Shown in pieces: positions 55,453 to 64,000 of a stretch of 64,000 nt of DNA (its first letter is position 1; each line of letters begins with the position of its first letter). This stretch comes from Vicinamibacterales bacterium (lineage in GTDB: Bacteria; Acidobacteriota; Vicinamibacteria; Vicinamibacterales; 2-12-FULL-66-21). Location of the stretch: contig DATHTE010000003.1 in NCBI GenBank assembly GCA_035463475.1, forward strand, positions 6,670 through 70,669. The letters run 5' to 3'. Both the position numbers and the translations under genes were made by a program. The notes beneath the pieces are model-generated. The model did no database searches. It saw only the letters and a program-made list of their open reading frames with translations, and had not been told where the DNA came from.

Positions 55453-58287
55453 TCAACGCGTGGCGCTGGTCGTCTGCCGACCTGCCTGTGGCACTTCGAC
55501 CGAGCGGGCCGCGCCGTAGTAGATCCCATTGAACAGAAACGGGAACGTGGCGTGTGTCCCACCGCGGAACGTAATTTCCGGACCGAACAGAAACACCTTC
55601 CCCTTGCCAAGCGGGATCTCCAGGGCTGCCGCACCGTCTTTGAGGTAGCCCTGGCCCCACCCCCATCCGCTGCGTACCGGTGCCTCGGCGGAGTACCAGG
55701 CCACCACCTTCACGTCCCGCGACGTGGCCGTCGGTGCCAATCTGAAGACCGGGCTGCGATTGAAGAACACATCCACCTGATCGGGCATCCCGTACGCGAG
55801 CGGGTTGGTGTTATCCACGCGAGCTTTGACCAGCGCGCCCGGCACGAAGTACTTCTCCGATGGCAGCGGCCGCTCCTGACCCGTCGCGGTGCGCTCGACG
55901 AGGTGGTCGGCGACCGGCAGCCCGAGGTGGTAGGCGAGATTCGTGGCCGTGCCCGCGGCGATGATCGTGCCACCGTCCTCAACAAAGGTCCTGAGTTGCG
56001 GGATGGTCTTCGCCACCGTCACGGTGCCGACCTTGCCCGCCCACTCGGGCGGGAGATTGGATGGAGGGGCGCTCTCGCCACGCCTCGGCGGTTCCCTATC
56101 GGTTCGTGGAACGCCGTCCATGAACACGATGACGTCGTACCTGGCTCTGAGATTGCCGGCATCGAGCTGCGGGGGGTACACGACTTCGAACGTGGGGAAC
56201 TGGAACTGCTGCTCGAACAGCCATCGGACCCAGCCAGAGGGCATCGAGCCTCCGTACTGGTCCACCAGTCCCACTCTGACCGGCTGCAACTTGTAGGCCT
56301 CGCCGGTCGGTGGCCGGGCCGTCCCTTCGAATGTCAGGCCTATCTCAGCGGCCAATTTGTCGATCGCGGCGCGTGTAGTTGGCCGCGACGGGATGTAGAT
56401 CGTCCCAGGCGGGTACGATTTCCCGCCGACCGTGGTCCCTGCCTTCAGCCAGTACACGTCCTCCTTGGCGCCCAACAACCGGTTGGTCGCCGTGAACGCA
56501 TCCTTCACGGCGTGGCTCAGCAGATAGCCTGCCGGAGATTCTCCGGCACCTGCCACGACGCTGCCCGCAGGAATCTTGATCAGCTGCCCGAAGGGCAACT
56601 TCTCAAACGATCCCTCCAACGGATCGAGGATGCGATCGAATTGCACCCCCATCTGAAAGGCCAGCGTGTAGCCCGCCATGTCGTAGGGCGGCTTGGGTGG
56701 GCCCCCGGGATAGTAGAAGTCGTTCGGGTGGTTCTGCGGCTCCAGCATGTCGCGGAGGTGCGGGCGGTACGCCTGCGCCGCCTTGAGCACGTAGGATCCC
56801 GCCGCGTAGCTCTTTCCAGCGACCTGAAACGCACTCCTCGCCCGGTGCACCTCGATCCCCGCTTTGACGAGCATGTTCACGAACTTGGTCGCGGTCAGGA
56901 AATCGGGCTGGTCGGCGGGGATGATGTAGGCGCGCGGGTCCCGGCGCTCGGGCGTGCGCATGCTGTCGTAGTACTTGGACGGCACGACCTGCGCCGATCC
57001 CACACGGGTCTCACCCTCGCGTTGGGACCGTTCTGCCGTCGCCTCCTTGGCCGCGGCGGCTTTGGCCTCGTCGATCCACGTGGGCTGCAGCGTCCAATGA
57101 TCCTTGCTGCCGCGCTCGATCGAGTTCATCCCCATCCGCCAGCTTCGAAAGAGCCACTGATCCTTGTTGCGCGAGGCAACATCGAGGATGGCGCGCTGAG
57201 CGGAGAGGATGTAGTCAATGGACTGCTTGAAGTGCCAGACCCTCTGGGGCGGGATCGGCAATGGCACGTCCCCGTGCGGCAGCTGGCGATCGAGCACCAG
57301 CGGGATCTCCATGGGCGTCGGATGGCCGTGCGCCTCCGTCAGGATGCCGACCTGGTTATGGAACAGCGAGGTGGCGCGCTCCAGGCCATTGGCCCAGGTG
57401 GAGTAGGAGGCTTCGCTGCGCGACGCGGAGCCGGCCTTGCCTTCGGCGAGGAACCGGCTGGTAATCGCGGCGCCGACCTCGTCGATGCCGATGATGACGA
57501 GCGGATCCAGGTTGTAGTTGAAGGGATCGCGGAACGGCGGCACAAAGAGGATGGCCCCCTGCGGGCCCGTCTGGTGTGCGTTGTACGTGATCTGAGGCAT
57601 CCACTCGATGTACATCTGCCGATTGATCGCCTCGGTTTCCGGCTGGTTCGCCATGAACGAGTCGCGGTTGTTGTCGTGGCCGACGTACTTGTGGTACAGC
57701 CGCGGCAACTGCATGTTCCGCTGCTTCGGGTCCGGGTCGCGCATGTACCAGTTCGCGGTCAGCTCCAGCCCGTCGGGGTTGACCGGCACGAGCAGCAGAA
57801 TCACGTCGTTCAGGAAGCGCAGCGTCTCGGCGTCGTTCTGGCTCACCATCTGGTAGGCCTGCCAGAAGAGAACCTGGGAGTTGAGGATTTCGGTGGCGTG
57901 TAATCCGCCGTCCTCCCACACGACCGCCTTTCCCTCTGACGCGAGCGCTCGGGCCTGCGGCTCTGTGATGCCCTCGGCCCTTCCAAGCCTGTGTGAGATC
58001 TCTTTATAACGGGCGAGCTTCTTGTGGTTCTCGGGAGACGTGATGATGGCCATGACCATCGGCCGGCCTTCGGCCGTCTTCCCGATCTCGACGATCTTCA
58101 TCCGCTCCGACAGCTTGTCCAGCTGGTTCCAATAGTCCAGCAGCTGCGTGTAGTTCGCGACGAAGTAGTCGTCGCCGACGGTCGACGGGCCGACCTTAGG
58201 AGGAGGAACCGGCCCTTGCGCCTGGACGGCCGGGCAAACCGTGAGCGTCAGGACCGCGATGAGAGCGAGCCCAATCCTCTTCTTCAC
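55453..58287 (-). CDS. Secreted M14 zinc carboxypeptidase with C-terminal GATase-like domain
   Basis: GGLHATE (HxxE), NPDG, DNNRD, YNAHQ. Signal peptide from GTG 58287 (alternative start GTG 58329). Confidence 0.88.
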   Translation of the reverse strand: MKKRIGLALIAVLTLTVCPAVQAQGPVPPPKVGPSTVGDDYFVANYTQLLDYWNQLDKLSERMKIVEIGKTAEGRPMVMAIITSPENHKKLARYKEISHRLGRAEGITEPQARALASEGKAVVWEDGGLHATEILNSQVLFWQAYQMVSQNDAETLRFLNDVILLLVPVNPDGLELTANWYMRDPDPKQRNMQLPRLYHKYVGHDNNRDSFMANQPETEAINRQMYIEWMPQITYNAHQTGPQGAILFVPPFRDPFNYNLDPLVIIGIDEVGAAITSRFLAEGKAGSASRSEASYSTWANGLERATSLFHNQVGILTEAHGHPTPMEIPLVLDRQLPHGDVPLPIPPQRVWHFKQSIDYILSAQRAILDVASRNKDQWLFRSWRMGMNSIERGSKDHWTLQPTWIDEAKAAAAKEATAERSQREGETRVGSAQVVPSKYYDSMRTPERRDPRAYIIPADQPDFLTATKFVNMLVKAGIEVHRARSAFQVAGKSYAAGSYVLKAAQAYRPHLRDMLEPQNHPNDFYYPGGPPKPPYDMAGYTLAFQMGVQFDRILDPLEGSFEKLPFGQLIKIPAGSVVAGAGESPAGYLLSHAVKDAFTATNRLLGAKEDVYWLKAGTTVGGKSYPPGTIYIPSRPTTRAAIDKLAAEIGLTFEGTARPPTGEAYKLQPVRVGLVDQYGGSMPSGWVRWLFEQQFQFPTFEVVYPPQLDAGNLRARYDVIVFMDGVPRTDREPPRRGESAPPSNLPPEWAGKVGTVTVAKTIPQLRTFVEDGGTIIAAGTATNLAYHLGLPVADHLVERTATGQERPLPSEKYFVPGALVKARVDNTNPLAYGMPDQVDVFFNRSPVFRLAPTATSRDVKVVAWYSAEAPVRSGWGWGQGYLKDGAAALEIPLGKGKVFLFGPEITFRGGTHATFPFLFNGIYYGAARSVEVPQAGRQTTSATR

Positions 58288-58325
58288 AACCGCACCAGCC
58301 TTTCGTCCACGTGATACGAATGAAC

Positions 58326-58610
58326 TCACCGGGCCCGGAAATGCGTGGCGGGCTCCACGCCATGTGGGACGGCATAGCGGCGCACCGTCTCCAAGTCCTG
58401 GGACAGCATGTCCATCGCACGGCGCGTCCGCTCGATCTGGGTGTCGGTGAGCGTCTCACCCGAGGGCGGGAGTGCCGCGCCGGGCGTCTGGCCGGACACC
58501 TTCTCTGCAAGGCGAACCCCACCACCAGCCAGTCCCGTCATGCCGCGAACCGCCAGGAGCCCGCCAAGAGCAGCCGTGAAAGCTCGCCGTCCTTTGCTGA
58601 AGTTATTCAT
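58326..58610 (-). CDS. Small Tat-signal protein with AtzG/GatC-like C-terminus (putative amidase partner)
   Basis: KGRRAFTAALGGLLAV twin-Arg N-terminus; ends VPHGVEPATHFRAR (EPAxxF). Confidence 0.7.
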   Translation of the reverse strand: MNNFSKGRRAFTAALGGLLAVRGMTGLAGGGVRLAEKVSGQTPGAALPPSGETLTDTQIERTRRAMDMLSQDLETVRRYAVPHGVEPATHFRAR

Positions 58611-58647
58611 GTGACACCTTGCAGTTGGCCAGAGCCGAATTGGCCCG

Positions 58648-60069
58648 TCAGTCCAGCCTCGGATGGCGGGTATGCCAGCCGGTCGCGTCCTGGTACGCCT
58701 TCGCGAGGGTCATGACGGACGCCTCCTCAAAGCTGCGACCGACGAACTGAATGCCCACCGGCAGGCCGTCGACATACCCTGCGGGAACGCAAACGGCCGG
58801 TAGGCCAGTGAGGTTGGTAAAACTGGACGTCCTGGGTGCGGGGCGTGCGGGCCCCGCAGGCCGTGCCGGCGCGGGCGTAGACGCCGGTGGACGCGACGGG
58901 CCCTCGGCCGCCGGTTGCGCTGGACCGCCGGCGGGCGCCACCCACACGTCAACCGTCTTCATCAGCCGTGTGGCGTCGGCTTGCATCAGGGCGCGAATCT
59001 GCTGCGCCTTGAGGTACTGCACGGCCGGGATCACGCGCGCAGCGGGCAGAGTGTTCTTCCACGCCCTCGCGGCATCGTCGCTTAGCGTCGCGACGTGATC
59101 GTCGGTAATGAGATCCTCGAAGAAGAGCGCCGCTTCCGCGCCGCGCACCACCTCGAAAACCGAGTTGTAGGGGTAGTCCGGCAACTGGATCGGCTCGAGT
59201 GTCACACCGAGCCGTTCGATCGCGCCGAGCGCCTCTTTCATGATCGGCTTGACGGTCGCGTCGCGCAGTCCGTCGAACTCCGCCTCGACCACGCCAACTC
59301 GCAGTTTGGCAGGCGAGGCGCCGGGATCCCAGCGGTACGGCATTTCGACGGTGGACGGATCGCGCGGGTCAACGCCTCGGATCGCATCGAAGACAAGGCC
59401 GCAGTCTTCGACGGTTCGACAGATCGGTCCGACCTTGTCGATTGTCCAGCCGAGCGCCATCGCACCCGCCCGGCTCACCCGTCCGTAGGTTGGCCTGAGC
59501 GCGCTGACGCCACACACCGCAGTCGGGCCGATAAGCGATCCCATCGTCTCGGTTCCGACCGCGAAGCCGACCATTCCGGCCGCAGTTGCCGCCGCCGGCC
59601 CCGCTGAGGAACCACCGCTGGATCGAGTCGTGTCCCAGGGACACCGGGTCGTACCGCCGAACCAGCGCGCGCCGCGCGCCAGTTCGCCCATCGACAGCTT
59701 CGCGAGGAGCAGCGCGCCAGCGTCGCGGAGCTTTCCGACGACGGTCGCATCCTCGGCCGGTATCCGTTCCTCGTGATACTTGATGCCCCACGTCGTCCGA
59801 ATGCCCTTCGTGTCGAACAGATCCTTCAGGCCATACGGGATGCCGTGCAAGGGGCCGCGATAGCGGCCCTTTGCGATCTCCTGCTCCGCCTGGCGCGCCT
59901 CGGAACGCGCCCGTTCTTCGGTGAGAGTAATGACAGCGAGCAGCTTCGGATCGAGCCGCCTCATTCGCTCGAGACACGCCTCGGTGAGTTCGACCGGCGA
60001 CAGCCGCTTAGCCTTGATCTGCCGGGCGAGGTCGGTTACCGAGGAGAAGACCAGTTCTTCGCCTGCCAT
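58648..60069 (-). CDS. Amidase signature family enzyme without signal peptide
   Basis: GLKDLFD, AKLSMGELA, GGSSAG, GTETMGSL..P. Start MAGEELVF at 60069 with GGGAG SD. Confidence 0.9.
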   Translation of the reverse strand: MAGEELVFSSVTDLARQIKAKRLSPVELTEACLERMRRLDPKLLAVITLTEERARSEARQAEQEIAKGRYRGPLHGIPYGLKDLFDTKGIRTTWGIKYHEERIPAEDATVVGKLRDAGALLLAKLSMGELARGARWFGGTTRCPWDTTRSSGGSSAGPAAATAAGMVGFAVGTETMGSLIGPTAVCGVSALRPTYGRVSRAGAMALGWTIDKVGPICRTVEDCGLVFDAIRGVDPRDPSTVEMPYRWDPGASPAKLRVGVVEAEFDGLRDATVKPIMKEALGAIERLGVTLEPIQLPDYPYNSVFEVVRGAEAALFFEDLITDDHVATLSDDAARAWKNTLPAARVIPAVQYLKAQQIRALMQADATRLMKTVDVWVAPAGGPAQPAAEGPSRPPASTPAPARPAGPARPAPRTSSFTNLTGLPAVCVPAGYVDGLPVGIQFVGRSFEEASVMTLAKAYQDATGWHTRHPRLD

Positions 60070-60124
60070 GCGACGCTCCCGCGGCACGCGGCGGCGTGAT
60101 GTGACGCCGCGTGCCGGCACAGAA

Positions 60125-60979
60125 TTAACGACCGTTGGACGATGCGAGGGCCGAGCGCATTTCCTTGAGGGAGTTCCGCAACTGCCCCTGCAACATCTGG
60201 AAATCGGATCCAAGGCTGATCAACTTGTACCCGGCGGCCACCTTCTCCGCGATGTTCTTCGGGTTCGCGTTCGTGCCGGCGATCACGTTGCGCGCCAGAC
60301 ACAGCTTCAGGACTTTCGCGGCATCGTCGGCGGAGATATGAACCGTGTGAACGGCGGCGAGGCCGGGCGTCTCGATGATCTCCTTGGCGTTCTTGACGCC
60401 CTCCTCCGTCTCAATCATCGCCACGACCATGAGCTTGCCCTTCGGATTCAGCGGCCACAGCTCCGACGCCTCGTGGGTGGGCGCGCTGTTGACGCCCTGC
60501 AGGAGGGACTGCTCCGTGTACATGAAGATCGAGATGATCCGCTCCAACTCGGCACGGCTTTCGACAACGGGCACCCAGACTCCGCTTGCCGGGCCCACTC
60601 GGATGGATTCGGCGATCTCAAACCGGGGATCCCAGCCCGCTCGATGCCCCAGTTTGATGAGCACCGAAGGAGCTGGCTTCGGCTCCGACCGATATCGGCT
60701 GTTGAAGTCCGGCACCTCGAGGAGGAAGCTGTGCAGCGTTCGAAAGTCGTAGATGTCGTGCTCCACATCCGCGACGATGAAGTCGAGGTCGCTGGTCGCG
60801 AGCACCTTCGTGATCCGGGTCGCGCCCATCGCGCCCGTCCAGATGCCGATTGCCGGCTTACCTGCTGCCAGAATCGAGGCCAGGTTGTTCGCGGGTTCAT
60901 CCGCCTTCGGCGCTGCGGGTGCCAGAGTGACGATCAGCAGCGCCAGAACCAGTACGAGGACGCGTGTCGGTAATCTCAT
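60125..60979 (-). CDS. HpcH/HpaI aldolase/citrate lyase family protein with signal peptide
   Basis: GKPAIGIW, DFIVADVEH, LWPLNPKG.LMVVAMIET.EGVKN; N-terminus MRLPTRVLVLVLALLIVTLAPA; AGGAG SD. Confidence 0.78.
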   Translation of the reverse strand: MRLPTRVLVLVLALLIVTLAPAAPKADEPANNLASILAAGKPAIGIWTGAMGATRITKVLATSDLDFIVADVEHDIYDFRTLHSFLLEVPDFNSRYRSEPKPAPSVLIKLGHRAGWDPRFEIAESIRVGPASGVWVPVVESRAELERIISIFMYTEQSLLQGVNSAPTHEASELWPLNPKGKLMVVAMIETEEGVKNAKEIIETPGLAAVHTVHISADDAAKVLKLCLARNVIAGTNANPKNIAEKVAAGYKLISLGSDFQMLQGQLRNSLKEMRSALASSNGR

Positions 60980-61034
60980 GAGGATCTCCTCTTTATGAAC
61001 GCAAACTGAACACGGTCAGAGATGAGACGGAGTG

Positions 61035-61103
61035 TGGTGGCCGGGCTCCGATCGTCGAGGCCCGGCACCATGTCGAGAGCAACGGAGTGCTCCTACGCTC
61101 CGT
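61035..61103 (-). other. Twin hairpins just downstream of the TBDR3 stop (possible mRNA-stabilising structure)
   Basis: ACGGAGTG/CGCTCCGT stem adjacent to the stop and TGGTGGCCGGGC/GCCCGGCACCA stem. Confidence 0.45.
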
Positions 61104-63920
61104 TCAGAACGACAGCTTCCCGCCGACCCGAACGACACGCGGATTGATCGTCGCCGACACGACACCCAGGCTGGAGCCGACGGTGTTGTTCTGATTGAGG
61201 ACCGTGTTGACGTTCAACACGTTGTACACGTCGGCAAAGGGCTCCAACCGTATGTTGCGCACTCTGAACACGCGCCCCACTCGCAGATCGAGCATGCGCC
61301 ACGGCTCGTAGCGCTCCTCGTCGTTGCGCTCGAGTCGGACCGTCTGAGTGGCGCGGGTCAGGGTCGGCACCAGCGCCCGGCCCACATTCAGCGAGCGAAC
61401 TCGAGGGTGTCCGCTGTTCGCGACGAACGACCCGCTGAACGAAATCTCGTAGGGCAAGATGTAGCTGCCCGAGATCTTGAACTGGTGCGGTTCGTCGTTG
61501 CCGACAGCTCCATAGTCGAAGATGTTGTTGTTGGGGTCGCTCGGATCTGTCGAGACAATTCGTCCCAGATTCCTGCCGTAGTGATACCCGCCCTGCACCT
61601 GTCCCTTCGACCCGAACCGGCGCTGAAGATGGAACTCGATGCCGTTGTAATTCGTGTCCAGCTCCGTGCGATTCTCCAGGATGTTGTCCTGCTTGCCGGC
61701 CGTCGACGGGTTCTGGTTGTAGATGGTCAGCGGCTGGTTCGTCAGCGGATTGTTGATGACCACCGGGATGTAGCTGTCGGTCGGCACGGCGCGGTTGACG
61801 GTGGCCCTCATGTCGCGCTGTTCGCGACGGTACGCCATCACGGACACTTTGAGGTTGGCCCCAATCTGGCGCTCGACGCCCAGGCTGTACTCCCGGTTGA
61901 ACGGGCGACGCAGGTCAGGATCCAATGTCGTGGTCGTGCCTCCGCCCCAGCCCGCGCAGCGCGTGATCTCAAACTCTTGCGCGATGTCGTCGAGGTTGGC
62001 GTCCCTCCACGCGCAGCGGTTCGTCTGGTAGAAGAGGGGATTCAGCGATTCAGCCAGGCCCGTAGCCTCGTTGCCGATGTACTTGCTGAAGCTGGCTTTC
62101 AGCACCGTCTTGGCATCCCCGCTGACGTCGAGCGCGACGCCCACCCGCGGCACGACGGTTTGCCAGGTCTTCACGTCCCGCTTTTCGATCTGCCGTTCCG
62201 GCATCCATGTTCCCGCCTCGGCGGTCTGATTGGGCCACCAGATATGCAGGTAATCGTACCGCGCACCTGCGTTGACCGTCAGGCGGTTCGCGACCATCCA
62301 GCGGTCCTGGATGTACGCTCCAAACTGCCGCGCCTTGTTGTTCGTGTAGACAGGCGAATTGATCAGATCGACCGAATCCGACACGCCGCTGCGGTACCGC
62401 TGGATGATGTCGCCGTGCTCCGTGTAGTCTCTGATGGTCTCGTAACCGCCGAAATCGTACTGGGCACCCGTTCTCAACTCGTGCGAACCACTCCAGGTGC
62501 CAGTCAGCGTCGCCGATCCTGCGAGGATCGTCCGGTACGGATTCCCCTCTCGAATTCGAGTTGGGGCGACCGAGAGCACGCCTGTGACGATGTCGAGGTG
62601 GGGGATGTCGCCGGGGTTGACTTCCGGGCGGTATCGCTCTCTCTGGTTGACTTTGGTTGTCGACCCCATGATTTCATAGATCCAGCGGTTCGACGGGGTC
62701 GCGGTGTACGTCATGCCAACCAAATAGTTGAAGGGATTCTGCGTATTGAAGTTCGCGGCCTCGGGGCTGACGAACGTCTGGCCGACTCCCTGGTCCATCC
62801 GAAACGGCCTGTAGATGGCCTCTCGGCTATCGGCAATTGTGAACCTGTTCGTTTTGTTGATTTGCCAGGTGATCTTGCCGTAATAGTCGCCGCGCCGCAC
62901 GTAGTTCTGCAGCTGGTCACCTTGCAGCGTGAACTGGTTGGCCAGGAGCTCCGTGTAGGACCAGATGCGGACGTTTCCGAAGAACCAGACCTTGCTCTTC
63001 TTGATTGGGCCGCCGAGGGAACTGTCGACGTCATACGCCTTGGTTCCGCCGCTGGTCGCCCGCACCCCGCGCTCCCTGAGTTCATCGTCGAGATTCGAGG
63101 ACTGCATCCGCTTTTCGAAACCCGAGGCGAAAACGGAACCGCTGAAATTGTCTCCCCCGCTCTTCGTCACCAGCGTCATCGCGATGCCGCCATGAGCCAC
63201 CCACGCCGGAATCGCGGTGGTCTGGTAGTTCACTTCCTCGTTGGCGCCCGTGCCGCCGTAGGACATCGGCGCGTCTCCGCCGCCGTAGTAAGAGTTGGTT
63301 GGAAGACCGTCACGGAAGTATGTTCTCTCGTTGCCGCGGCTGCCGTGGATCTGCCATCCCGAGCCGTAGTTCTGCGACAGCGAGCCGCCCACTTCCGGAG
63401 TGCCGGTCGAGAACCCGACCATGAACTTCGTCATGTCGAAGAGGTTGCGCGAACTCGGAATCGTGTTGATCGTCTCGTCTGTCACCACGTACTGAGTCGT
63501 CGCCGTGCGAACGTCCACGAGCGGCGACTCGCCGGTCACGGTGAGTGTCTCGGCGACCGCACCCACGCCGAGCTGAGCGTCAATGGTCGCAGTGAATCCC
63601 GAGTTGATCACCACATCGCTGCGTTGGTAGCTCCCAAACCCGGGCAGCGAGAACTTGACCGTGTACCGCCCCACCGGAAGGCGCAGGAAGTGGTAATTCC
63701 CCGAAGCCTCGGTGGTCGTCTCTCGGGTGCCTTCAATCAGGGCCGGCGAGCTTATTTCGACCGTCACGCCCGGCAGCACGCCGCCGCTTTCGTCTCGAAC
63801 CACACCCTCGATTCCGCCAGTGGCTGTCTGTCCCCACGCCGGTGTCACAAGGACGATCCATAGAAGCACGCTCAGTTCCGCCGCGCGCCAGCTGCCGCCG
63901 CTCTTTCGACGTGCGTTCAT
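61104..63920 (-). CDS. TonB-dependent receptor 3 (different subfamily from 1 and 2)
   Basis: Signal peptide from MNARRK at 63920 (GAGG SD), GGVLPGVTVEISSPALI, YIQDRW..LTVNAGARYD, terminal F. Confidence 0.92.
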   Translation of the reverse strand: MNARRKSGGSWRAAELSVLLWIVLVTPAWGQTATGGIEGVVRDESGGVLPGVTVEISSPALIEGTRETTTEASGNYHFLRLPVGRYTVKFSLPGFGSYQRSDVVINSGFTATIDAQLGVGAVAETLTVTGESPLVDVRTATTQYVVTDETINTIPSSRNLFDMTKFMVGFSTGTPEVGGSLSQNYGSGWQIHGSRGNERTYFRDGLPTNSYYGGGDAPMSYGGTGANEEVNYQTTAIPAWVAHGGIAMTLVTKSGGDNFSGSVFASGFEKRMQSSNLDDELRERGVRATSGGTKAYDVDSSLGGPIKKSKVWFFGNVRIWSYTELLANQFTLQGDQLQNYVRRGDYYGKITWQINKTNRFTIADSREAIYRPFRMDQGVGQTFVSPEAANFNTQNPFNYLVGMTYTATPSNRWIYEIMGSTTKVNQRERYRPEVNPGDIPHLDIVTGVLSVAPTRIREGNPYRTILAGSATLTGTWSGSHELRTGAQYDFGGYETIRDYTEHGDIIQRYRSGVSDSVDLINSPVYTNNKARQFGAYIQDRWMVANRLTVNAGARYDYLHIWWPNQTAEAGTWMPERQIEKRDVKTWQTVVPRVGVALDVSGDAKTVLKASFSKYIGNEATGLAESLNPLFYQTNRCAWRDANLDDIAQEFEITRCAGWGGGTTTTLDPDLRRPFNREYSLGVERQIGANLKVSVMAYRREQRDMRATVNRAVPTDSYIPVVINNPLTNQPLTIYNQNPSTAGKQDNILENRTELDTNYNGIEFHLQRRFGSKGQVQGGYHYGRNLGRIVSTDPSDPNNNIFDYGAVGNDEPHQFKISGSYILPYEISFSGSFVANSGHPRVRSLNVGRALVPTLTRATQTVRLERNDEERYEPWRMLDLRVGRVFRVRNIRLEPFADVYNVLNVNTVLNQNNTVGSSLGVVSATINPRVVRVGGKLSF

Positions 63921-64000
63921 CCCGCACCTCCATTGCCGGGTCCAGTCGCGCCCAGAGAGTTCAACTCGCCGCGACGGCACTCGACCTCGGCGACGAAACA

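Noticed and set aside
48094-60069. GatCAB tRNA amidotransferase
   Set aside because: No gatB, and the context is catabolic; these are stand-alone amidases.
533-63863. Very long opposite-strand ORFs (e.g. 533..1897, 6557..9244, 15992..18265, 30615..33230, 38202..42239, 55393..57903, 61032..63863)
   Set aside because: Shadow frames of real genes in high-GC DNA; Arg/Ala/Val-rich with no motifs.

Overview
High-GC bacterial DNA whose gene families (many carboxypeptidase-regulatory-domain TonB-dependent receptors, VPS10/BNR proteins, secreted amidohydrolases and peptidases) suggest Acidobacteriota, probably Vicinamibacteria-like; this assignment is an inference. The window has three parts. (1) 1-27.9 kb: mixed housekeeping and secreted-hydrolase genes (S9, S46 and MA-type peptidases, ChdC/HemQ, amidohydrolases, TonB, SpoIID/LytB, Ycf46-like AAA ATPase, PQQ sugar dehydrogenase, DUF2891, a hybrid kinase with a REC-HATPase partner). 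Intergenic gaps hold many palindromic REP/MITE-like elements, several small ORFs and a candidate structured RNA. (2) 28-42.4 kb: a divergent locus in which a double XRE-cupin regulator and a DapG-like aspartokinase face a TBDR-amidohydrolase-asd operon, followed by a CRTAC1-like gene and a paralogous TBDR-M28 peptidase pair. Both TBDR promoters share a motif. (3) 42.5-63.9 kb: a visibly lower-GC, all-minus-strand 14-gene run resembling an import and catabolic pathway for an amide or lactam compound. It includes an amidase whose small partner carries a Tat-like signal, and an aldolase-family protein with a signal peptide. No rRNA, tRNA, CRISPR array, integrase or transposase was seen. All family calls come from motif recognition by eye, not database searches.
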